A stretch of DNA of 64,000 nt from Cetorhinus maximus (taxonomy: Eukaryota), in the NCBI RefSeq assembly GCF_964194155.1, contig NC_135915.1, forward strand, positions 1,612,001 through 1,676,000, in the 5' to 3' direction. Within the stretch, counting starts at the first letter, position 1. The number at the start of each line of letters is the position of its first letter. A program made the translations under genes and the position numbers. Below the pieces are notes generated by a model. That model made no database searches, was not told where the DNA came from, and saw only the letters and a program-made list of their open reading frames with translations. Shown here piece by piece: positions 12,155 to 22,400 of this stretch.

Positions 12155-12646
12155 ATTCGACAGGCAGAGATGTACGCTCTCTCACACACACGCATACATA
12201 TAAAGAGACAAACACGGACAGGCGGACAGATACATAAATAGATGCGTGCACTCCGATAGGCACGCACAAACATACACAAACACATACACACACGCACACA
12301 AAAACCATACATGCAGACAGCCACACACACAGGCGGACATATACTCAAATATGCACCTACGCACATATATGCACGCACGTACACATAGACGGACAGGCAC
12401 TCAGACAGACACAGACGCACACAACCACAGATATACGCACAAACACACAAACACACATACACACATACACATTGTCACACACATTCGCACACACAGACGG
12501 ACAGAAACTTAAATAGACATATTTACTCACACACTCAAATACACACACGCACACACAACCTCACCTTCAGCAATCTCCATCGGCTGGGGTTTATCGTAAC
12601 CGTGGGCGCACAAACACAGACACAAACACACAAACACAAACACACA

Positions 12647-12684
<38 letters not shown>

Positions 12685-12720
12685 AACACACACACACACA
12701 CAGACACAAACAAATAGATG
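11980..12720. repeat. (CA)n-rich low-complexity tract
   Basis: Direct inspection. Confidence 0.9.
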
Positions 12721-13019
12721 CTAAATAATTAAGATAAATTATACACTCTAGCATAAATTGACATGTGTTGTTAAGTTGGGCTTCAGAGCCTATGGAGAGG
12801 AATACAATTGTACTTGTTTCTTTTATTGGGCATAATAACTGATCCACAGGTTATAATGTTCGATCTGACTTGTAAAAGTTAACTTGATATCCAACACAAG
12901 GACGGGTAAATTTAGTGCAAATCGTGAATTGGTCATGATAACTAATACTAAGGATATAAAGTAAAGCTAATTGTTGTATTGGTCTTGAAAAGATTGCAAG
13001 GGGAGAAAAGGAATATACA

Positions 13020-14580
13020 TCGGTATTTCAGCGGATAAGCAACTAAATCAGAAGATTTCTGAACTGTGAGGAGGATAGATTAGCATTTCAAAAGGGCATG
13101 AACAAGTTAGTGGAATGGATAGGCAGGTGGTAGATGAAGTTCAATACAATTAGATGCAAAATGATTAATTTTAGTAGCGAGAACATGAGGAGAGACAGCA
13201 CAAAATGGAGGATACATCTCTGAAGGGGGTATGAGCAGAGGGACAAGCCATTGAAGGTGGCAGTATATTTTGAGAAATCAGTAACTAAAGCAAGTCTGTA
13301 TTTATCGTAAAATAGAGTATAAGTGCAAGGAATTTAGTTCGACTTGTATAAATCACTGGTTTGGACTCTAGTTGAAGTATTACGTCGAGCTCTGGGCAAG
13401 GAATGTGAAGTTACTGCATAGAGGACCGATAAGCTTCAAAGAATGTTTCCAGGTTTGAGCTTGGAGAAGTTACAGGAATTGGTGTTGGGTCCTTTGCTGT
13501 TTGTGGTATATATAAACGATTTGGCATTGAATGTAGGATGATTGATCATTAAGTTCGCGAATGACACGAATATTGGAGGGGTGGTAAATAGTGCATAGGA
13601 TAGCCCCAGATTAAAGGAGGATATAGACACGCTGGTCAGATTGGCTGAACATTGGCAAATGGAATTTAATCCAGATAAGTTTGAGGTGATTCACTTGTGC
13701 AGGACAAGCAAGGCACCGGAGTACTCCATCGATTGTACCTGGGAAGATCTGAGGATCAGAGGGACCTGGGTGTGCATATTCACCGGTCCGTTAAGGTAGC
13801 GGAACATGTAGATAAGCTGGTTAAGAAGACATATGGGATACTTGCCGATATTTTATGAGGCATAGAGAATAAGAGCAGTGAGGTTATGCTTCAACTATAT
13901 AAAACGCTGGTCAGGCCACAGCTAGAGTATTGCGTGCAGTTCTGGAATCTGCATTATGGGAAGGATGTGATTCCACTAGAGAGAGTACAGAGGAGATTTA
14001 CCAGGATGTTGCCTGGACTGGAGAGCTTTAGTTATGAGCGAGATTATATAGACTGGGTTTTGTTTCCCTGGAGGAGAGCAGATTGAAGGGGGACATGATT
14101 GAGTGTATAGAATTATGAGGTGAATAGATGGGCGAGTTAGGAAGGAGCTCATCCCCTTGGTGGGAATAGATTTAAGGTAAGGGGCAGGAGGTTTAGTGGG
14201 GATATGAGGAAGAATTTATTCACAGATTCGATGGGCTGAAAGGGCCATTTTCTGTGCTGTTAACCCCTATGACTCTCTGAATCTAAGTAATGATTGTTTT
14301 CCTTGAAGTAGAGAAGGCTGAGAGGAGATTTGATGTGGTTATATTGAATCATGAGTGATCCTTATTAAACAAGGGGAAGGGGTTAATTTTCTTGAAAGCA
14401 CTCAGGGTGAGGAAGCTCAGTAGTAAGGTTATCAGGAAAAGACGCACTGATAACATTAACTTTTATGTTTTCACACAGCGAGTGTTTTGGATCTGTAAGA
14501 CAGTGACTGAGAGCTGGTGGAGGCAGGTTGAAATGAAGCATTCGTTCGGGAATTCGCCTTCGGGACTCTCCATTTGTTTG
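13020..14580 (+). mobile_element. CR1 LINE fragments; a younger copy (~13480-14280) nested in an older copy
   Basis: VLGPLLFVVYINDL, FANDTNIGG and ORF 13886-14086 LYKTLVRPQLEYCVQFW...LERVQRRFTRMLPGL. The tail CCCTATGACTCT at ~14270 is followed by resumption of older CR1 sequence. Confidence 0.8.
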
Positions 14581-14585
14581 AGGAG

Positions 14586-15297
14586 CTATCAGTCAAATAT
14601 TGAACGGTATGATTGAACGAAACTCCGCGCTAGATGGTGGAAATTGGTTTGTGGTGTCTGATTAATTGAAATGCTGACCGCAGCGGTCGGAGCTTACTGA
14701 TTGGCTGATGCGGCTGTCCGTGATGGTGTTCAGCTCTCTGATGGGCTGATACGTATGTTGTCAATGGTGAAGATCGCTGATTGGCTGAACTATCTGAGCG
14801 TCACTGTTTGCAGCAACATTGGATTGGATGAAGCTGATGCCAGTCAGCTGTTGGAATGAACTGTTTGGCTGAACTGTCTATCAGTCAGCAGTTGTCGCTC
14901 TCTGATTGGTTGAGATGAATGTCGGCGCACAGGAAGAATACCCTGACTGGCCCACGTGACTCTGTGCCAAAAGACTGCAGCTCCCTGATTGGATGAAGCG
15001 ACTGTCAGTTCGCTGGTAGGTCACATTGATTGGCTGAGCTAGCTTTCATTCAGCGAGCGGTTCTCCCTGAATGGCTGAGGTGGCTGTGGATGAAAATCTG
15101 ATGCTGCTCCATTGCCTTCCGCGCCTGTCAGTTATGTGGCTGATTTCCCTGATTTGCACAAGCAGCTGTCAGTTAGCGGCGGCGATCCCTGATTGAGTGA
15201 GGCGACTGTCAGTCAGCATGTGGGTCTCCCTCATTGGCGGAAGAGTCTGTCCGTCAGCAGCGGGGACTCTCTGATTGGCTGAAGCATCTGACAGTCA
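14586..15297. repeat. 41-bp tandem array (~16 units), consensus CTGATTGGCTGA-N5-CTGTCAGTCA-N14: CCAAT box + PBX/PREP-type decamer
   Basis: Unit starts at 14658, 14697, 14738, 14777, 14820, 14861, 14902, 14943, 14985, 15026, 15067, 15108, 15149, 15189, 15230 and 15271. The two boxes are conserved and the linkers are variable. Confidence 0.85.
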
Positions 15298-16197
15298 GGT
15301 TTTTATTCTTCATGAATTGAATAATTGATGTAACCGGATAATTCACCGTTTCCTTGATCTGCTCTCGGAACTTGGACTGAGTCATAGCGTAAATAAATGT
15401 GTTTGTGCAGCAACTTAAACTCTGCAGCATATATCCGACTTGTTGGAATATATATTCAGGATAGGTGAGGTAAATTAACCCTCTCACGTCCATATAGAAG
15501 AATTTTATAACGTACACCGACCACAGGAGGATGAAGGTGACGGATATGGTGAACAGTAAAATCATAGATTTGCTCCTGCTCTCCATCTCTGGGTCACTGC
15601 GATTCTCTCCCTTACTCTGAGCCCTCAGTCCCTTCCGGACTCGACTGGTCACTAAAATGTGTCTGATTGTCAGAGCGTTAATCAGCAGAACTAAACCGAA
15701 TGGGAGCAATGGGTTTAAAACTGTATCAAACCAGGAAAATCCAACCCATCCGGGATCAGTAAAAACGCTTGGCTTTGCCACACAGCCCCAGGGTACATTG
15801 TCGTTTATCTGTCCAGGTACCAGTGTAAAGTAATGGGGGATGTTTTTTAAACTGAGCAGGATGCCGGTTGTCGCTAGAACCACAGCCGCAGTTTTCCCGG
15901 TGCAATATTCTGTTTTCAGCTTCTGGCAACGAATGGCCACAAATCGATCAAAGGCGAAAGTTACGGTGAACCAGACAGAACAGTCCGTGGCAGCAGTAAC
16001 CAGGACAGCGAGAACACGACACACAGGAGTGAGGTTCAGGAAACTCAGTGGGAAATAATAATAATTGATCTTGTTCAGTATGACATTTGTGATAATGTGC
16101 AGTAGATCCGCCGTTGCCATGGCCACCAGGTAGCGAGTGGTGTAGGTGGAGAGGCCGCACTTTCCCCGGGACAGGATCACAATCCTCAGTAAATTAA
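15254..16197 (-). CDS. Exon 2 of a class A (rhodopsin-like) GPCR, GPR139/GPR142-like shark-expanded family; end of TM1 to C-terminus
   Basis: Intact ORF with hydrophobic TM segments and motifs NLL.IVILSRGKCGLS, YLVAMATADLL, DCSVWFTVTFAFDRFVAI, PF.L.L..NALTIRHI, DPEMESR and CCTNTFIYAMTQSKFR. Acceptor CCCTTCTCTCTGACAG|TT with AG at 16199-16198. Confidence 0.9.
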
Positions 16198-16489
16198 CTG
16201 TCAGAGAGAAGGGAGAAGGGACTGGAAATTAATGATTAAACATTCTCCATGTCTGACCCTCACAGGGAGGACAGGGTTTCAGCACCAAAACAGAGTTTGC
16301 ACGCAGGAGGACAGGCAGGCGACTGGCTGGCGATTATTTCAGATTCTAGCTTTGTTTTTAGATTAAAGTTAGCAGCTGAGTTACAATTACTTGTTGATTA
16401 TTATTATATTTAGTAATTTAAAGGTAGGGGGAAATTAAACAAACAATAAAGGAGAAACAACAAAAAAGAGCCAGACGTGAGTTGGTGTT

Positions 16490-16905
16490 TAAAGAGCAGG
16501 AGTTTACCTGTGAAGGAATGGAGTGGATGTATAAAGAGCGATAGTGGAGCAGATGCATATAGAGCAGGAGCTAACCTGTGAGGGAGTGGAGCGGCTGTAG
16601 AAAGAGCGAGAGTGGAGCGGGTGCATATAGAGCAGTTTACCTGTGAGGGAATGGAGCGGCTATATAAAGTGCATAGCGGAGGGCCCCTCTGAGGGAGCAG
16701 GGCGGCTGTATAAAGAGCGAGAGTGGAGCGGGTGCATATAGAAAAGGAGTTACTTGTGAGGGGGCGGAGCGGCTGTATAAAGTGCAAACCGGAGTTTACC
16801 TGTGAGGGAGCGGAGCAGCTGTAAAAAGACTGATAACGGATTTTACCTGTGACGGAGCGGTGCGGCTATATAAAGAGCGCTGCAGAGTTTACCTGTCAGG
16901 GGGCC
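16490..16905 (+). repeat. Tandem monomers (GGAGTTTACCTGTGAGGGAGCGGAGCGGCTGTATAAAGAGC) forming the 5' UTR of a CR1
   Basis: About 8 copies of TTACCTGTGAGGG...GGCTGTATAAAG lying directly upstream of CR1 ORF1. Confidence 0.7.
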
Positions 16906-19490
16906 TGTTCTCACACAGGCACTGGGCGGTGGGGGAATTCGAAAGGAGTGATGTCAGGACAAGGGAGAGAGCTGGTTTGTAGTTAGTGAGTAAGGTGCAT
17001 TCTTTTTTCTCCACTTTAAAACTACATTACAGCAGGTAACAGTCACCGCATTTGACTTTATTTTGCCAGAAAAATGCTAAATCGTTTTTTACTTGGGTTA
17101 AATTTAGGGAAACAGTTTTTTTAAAATAAAAATCAAACAAAACGTATGGCAAAGGGACTTAGTCACGTGATTTGCATGGGTATTCTTCGACACGGATTGC
17201 AATGTGAATGACCACATGTGCAGGAAGTGCCACTGGATTCACCAGCTTGAGCAATTGGTTTCAGAGCGTTAGCGTCAGCCCGAGACACAGCGTTGCATCC
17301 GCGAAGCTGAGAGTTACGTGGACAGAACATTTTTAGATGTGGTCACTCAGCAGCATGAGGAAGTGCGGGAATGGGTGACCAACAGTCAGAAGAAGGGAGG
17401 CAGGAATGTAATGAGGAAAGCCACAGGTATGTAATGTTGAAAGCACCAGGCAGGTAATGAGGAAATCCTATTTTTTTGTGTTGGAAAAGGGTAAGGGTGA
17501 ATGTTCCTCTGGAGAGTGCAACCAGAGTCACATTCCAGGCACTGTGGGTGTTTTGGTTGCACAAGTGGGTAGGGGTAAGTGTGCAAGAGCAATAGTGGAA
17601 GGAGACTAAATAGTAGGGATGCAGACAGGAGCTTCTGCAGCTATAGGCATGACTCCAGAATGGTGTGTTGCCTCCCTGGTAGCAGGGTCAAGGATATCAC
17701 AGAACAGTTGCAGGGCATTCTGAAGAGGGACGGAAAACTCAGAGATCGTAGTTCACATTGGTACAAACGACTTATGTAGAAAGAGTGATGAGGTCCTGCA
17801 AAATGAACGTAGGGAACTTAACAGCAGATTAAAAAGCAGGACCTCAAAGTTTGCAACCTCTGGATGGCCCGCTTGTCACATGAAAGTGAGTATAGGAATA
17901 TGGGGATAGAGAAGATGAATGCGTGGCTCAAGAAATGTTGCTGTGGGGAGGCCTTCTGGTTCCTTGATCAGGGTATGTTTCTGGCGAAGTTGGCACCTGT
18001 ACACGTCGGACAGGTTGCACGTTAACTGGCACAGGAGCAACATCTTTGTGGGGAGGTTTGCTAGTGATGTTGGGGTGAGGTTGTGGGGGGAGGGTAAAAC
18101 TAATTCAGTATTTTTATATAATAATGAGTGAAGATGGAGTACAGGGTGGTGCACAGCCTAATATTGCAGAGGAACTAAGTGAGTCTGGAAGGTAGAGCAA
18201 ACGTAGACCTGTTAAGGCACAGGGGAATAATGCACGGCTGGTTCGCTGCTATTGTAATGAAAGGAGTTTTAAAAGGAGGGCAGATGAATTGAGCATGCTG
18301 ATTAACACATGGGAATATGATATTGTTGCTATCACAGAGACATGGTTGATGGCAGGGCAGGACTGGCAGCTCAATGTTCCAGGGTATAGACTGTTCAGGC
18401 ATGACAGGGGGTGGATGGCGACTTGGTGGTGGGGGGTTAGAAGGGATGCCGGCATTGCACACTTGATAAAGAAGTAAATTAAAGCCTTAAGGAGTGATGA
18501 TATTTTAGAAGGTTCCTCAAATGAGGCCATCTGTAGAGAACTTAATTAGAGGAGGCAATCGCTTTACTGGGGATGCACTAAATACCTCCAAAGAGTCAGG
18601 GGGGCTTGAGGAGCGGATATGTAGGAAAATCTCAGAGATGTGTACAAGGGTATTAAGAGTAGGAAATTTAAATTCACCAATGTAAACTTGGATAGTCTTA
18701 GTGTGAGAGGCTTCGATGTGGTTGAATTCTTAAAGTGCATGAAAGAGAGGTTTTTGAGCCAACGCTAAAGCCCTACGAGAGAAGGGGCGGCACTGGACCT
18801 AATATTAGGGACTGAAGCCAGGAAAGTGGTATAAGTGTCAGTGGGGGAAAGCATTTCGGGGAGAGACACCATAGTTCTTGCCGTTTTAATGTAGTTATTG
18901 AAAATGACAAAGATGGCTTGTAAATAAAGGTGCTGAAATTGGGGAAGGCCGACTTCAATATTTTATGACAGAATGTGGCCAAAGTGGACTGGGAGCAGCT
19001 AATTGTAGGAAAGTCTACAACAGGCCTGCGGGAGTCATTCAGAAAGGAAATAGTGAGAGTTCAGGGTCAACTTGTTTCCTTAGAGGTGAGGGGTAGGACA
19101 AACAATTCCAGGGGATACTGGTTGTCAAGGGATATGGAGGATTGAATAAGGAAAATGAAAAGTGACTGATGGTAGATTCAAGGGGGTTAAAACAGCGGGG
19201 AATCCCTGGAGAAGCATAAAAAGTGCGTGTGATAGTTATCAAGTAGTTAGAAGAGCGAACAGGAGACATTACCAAACACTGGAGGGAAAGGTAATGGAAA
19301 ACCCCAAGGTATTTTATAATTATATTCAGGGCATGAGGATAACCAGGGAAAGAGTAGGACCCATCAGGGAACAAACTGGCAGATTGCGCAGCAACCGAAG
19401 GACATAGGTGACGTTATAAACGCTTACTTTTCATCTGTGATGACTGTGGAGAAGGACGATGTAGCTGCAGAAATCAGGGGGGATCTGGGC
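16490..19490 (+). mobile_element. CR1 LINE 5' half: 5' UTR, ORF1 (zinc finger/leucine zipper + SGNH esterase) and ORF2 AP endonuclease; degenerate, in the intron antisense to the GPCR
   Basis: CRKCHWIHQLEQLVSE, DSRMVCCLPGSRVKDI, VHIGTND, EYDIVAITETWL...WQLNVPGYRLFRHDR and ENPKVFYNYI. Confidence 0.85.
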
Positions 19491-19499
19491 ATTCGAGGG

Positions 19500-22400
19500 G
19501 TGCCAGTGTACTGGAGAAGAGTGAGATAGGTGAAGCGGGGCCGTTAGCAGTGAGCGAGTAGTAGCGGAGCCAATAACAGTGAGAGAGTGAGAGAGGAGCA
19601 AGGCGGCCATTAGCACTGAGAGAGTCAGAGAGCAGTGGGCCATTAGGAGCGAGATAGTGTGAGAGAAACTGCGAGAGAAGCAGCGAGGCTGTTAGCAGAA
19701 TTTGAGATGCGGGTGAGAAATCACCCAGAATGATGTAGGAAACTGCAACACATCTGCCTGAGTGGGTGTTAGATGCAGGAACCCTCAGAACATTTAAGAA
19801 GTATTTAGATGAGCACTTAAAACGGCATTGCATACAGGGTTTGCGGCCAAGAGCTGGTAAATGGGATTAGAATAGGTAGGTACTTGACTCCTGGCACGGT
19901 CACGATGGGCCTTAGGACCTGTTTCTATGCTGTATAACTCGGATAGTCCGTGACCCTCTGACTCTATGAGTGAGAGAGGAACAGAGCAGGCATTGAGAGT
20001 GGGAGAGTGGGAGCAACAGCGGTGCCAATAACAGTGAGAGAGCAAAAGGAACAGCGGGAACATTAACAGTGATACAGTGTGAGTTGAGTGAGCGACCATT
20101 GGACCACACGGAGGAGTGGCCACAGAGCATTACTGAGCAGGGGGAGAGTAGAGAGCATAAAACCAAGAGATCATTAAACCTATTAGCTGAAGTAGGCTAT
20201 ACGGACAACAAAACTGTTCGCCATTTAATGAGGTCATTGCTGACCTGATAATCTTCAACTAGAATTTCCTTACATTTCCCAGAACCTTGTGTTGCCTTTT
20301 TGATTAAAAATCTGCCTTGAATATTACTAATGACCCAGCCTTCAACGCCATCAGCGGTAAATAATCCAACGATTCACTACGATCTGATTGAGGAAATTCC
20401 TCCTCGTCTCTGTGTTAAATAGGTGACACTCTGTGAAAATGCCCTCTCTTCCCCGACCCTCCGCAAGTGGAATCAACTTCTCAGCATCTAGCCTGCCAAG
20501 CTCCCCAAGAATCTTATTTGTTTCAATAAAGCTGCATCTCATTCTTCCAGACTCCAGTGTGTACAGGTCTAACCTACTCAACCTCTCCACAGAAGAAAAT
20601 CCCTACATACCCGGGCTCACTCTAGTGATACTTCTCTGGGCTTCCTCTAATGTCAGTATATGCCTCCTTAGATAAGCGGCCAAAACTGTTTTCAGTATTC
20701 TGGGCATAGCCTAACCTATGTTGTGTAAAGTATTGGAACAGCCTCCCAATTTTTCCCTCCATTCCCTTTGAATAAATGCCAACATTCCTGTCGCCTTCCC
20801 TATCACCTGCTGAAATTATATGTTTGTTTTTTTGGGGGGATTCATGCAGGCGGACTCCCAAATCCCTCTGTGCTGCTGCTTTCTGCAGTCTTTCCCCATT
20901 TAAATAATATTCAGCTCCTCTATTCTTCGTGCCACAGTGCATAACCTCACATTTTCCCACGTTCTTTTCCAGCTGCCAAGTGCGTGCCCACTCACTTAAA
21001 TTATCTCTACCCCTCTGTGGAAACTTTGTGTCATCTTCACCACTTGCCTTCCCGCCTACTTTTGTATCGCCCATTAAAAGGAGATCATTAAAGATTTCAG
21101 AAAGAGGCGATAGACCTTGAAAGAGCAGAGCGGGAAAAGAGCCCGAGAACAGCTATTTGATGGGTATGTGTAGTCGGTAAAATAAAAGTGAAGTCTTTAG
21201 TTTGCTTTGTACTCTGTCGGGTGTTTTTCCTCTGAAATTAGATTCTTCAGTATACATTCGGTCCTGTTGTGCAAAAAAAATAATAACAATCAAGTGCTTC
21301 TAGGGGGAGATTCTTTAAGTGCTAATGTATTTGGTTAATTAATTAATTAAAATACATTAGCGACGGCAGCACAGCTAATGTGTTGCTGCAGCAGCATGTT
21401 GACCTGTTGGACACCAAGTTGATCCAGTGTGAGCACATCAGTAGCAAGAGTTTGCAGCTCGAGAACATTTGGATTCAAGTAACGGAGCTGGTGTCCGAGC
21501 TGCAGACATTGCGCCACATCAGGGAGGGGAAAGTTACCTGGACAGTTTGCTCCAGGAGGTGGTCTCACCCCTTAGATCAGGAAATTAAAATTTGTTCTGG
21601 GTTCAGGGACAGGAGGGTCTGACCACAGGTGATGTAGGTATGGGGACCAAGGGGGTCGCGTTAAAGGGGCCTTGGCCCCTGCAACTGTTCAACAGTGGCT
21701 AGTTTCTTGGAAGATGTGTGGACGAGAGAGGGGACTGCAGGGAGGATGAGCAAACTGTCCACAGCACCGTGGTACAGGCAGCCATTCAAGCTTGGGGTGG
21801 AATTAAGATATTCAGTAGTGGTAGGGGATAGTATAATGGGCGAAGGGTATTGTTCATTGCATGAGTTCCGAAGGGTCTCTTGCCTGCCCGGTGCCAGGAC
21901 ATCTCCTCAGGGTTGGAGAGGAACTGGGAGTGGAGGGGATAAATCAACTTGTCACCATTCACGTTGATGCCAGCGACATTGACAGAACTAGAAACCAAAT
22001 TCTGCTGAATGAACTCGAACAGTTCGTAGCTAAATTAAAAAAGCAAAACATCTGAGATAAATATCTTGGGATTACTACCTGAACAACGGGCAAACTGCCA
22101 TAGGAGAAATAAAGTCACGGATTTAAATTTGTGCTCAAAGTTTGGTGTGGGAAAAATGGGTTTCAGTTTAAGGGGCACCGGCGCCAGTGCTGGGATAGGA
22201 GGGAGCTATTCCGGTGGGAAGGGCTTCACTTTAAAAATGCAGATTCCAGCGTCGTGGGGAATTGAATAACTGGGGCTTTAGCGAGTGTTTTATGATAAAT
22301 AGGTGAGCGGGAGTTCTGGAGAGGGGATTTGTAGGTTTAAGAAGCAAAACGATGTGGGAACTTTGCAGGGCAGCTATTTAGGTAATGATATCCAGAATGT

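Noticed and set aside
8459-12847. His/Thr- and Val/Cys-rich ORFs
   Set aside because: Translations of (CA)n/(TG)n repeats.
14586-15297. CRISPR-like appearance (conserved boxes with variable spacers)
   Set aside because: Eukaryotic context, no cas genes, boxes short and degenerate, and linkers only 5 and ~14 bp. It is a diverged tandem repeat.
15254-16180. 308-aa ORF taken as a complete single-exon gene
   Set aside because: The listed start is a GTG in the middle of TM1. A canonical acceptor lies at 16198 and a matching exon 1 at 26947-26884.
20167-21092. GAGATCATTAAA duplication as the TSD of the antisense CR1
   Set aside because: The left copy overlaps the CR1 tail repeat, so the boundaries cannot be fixed confidently.
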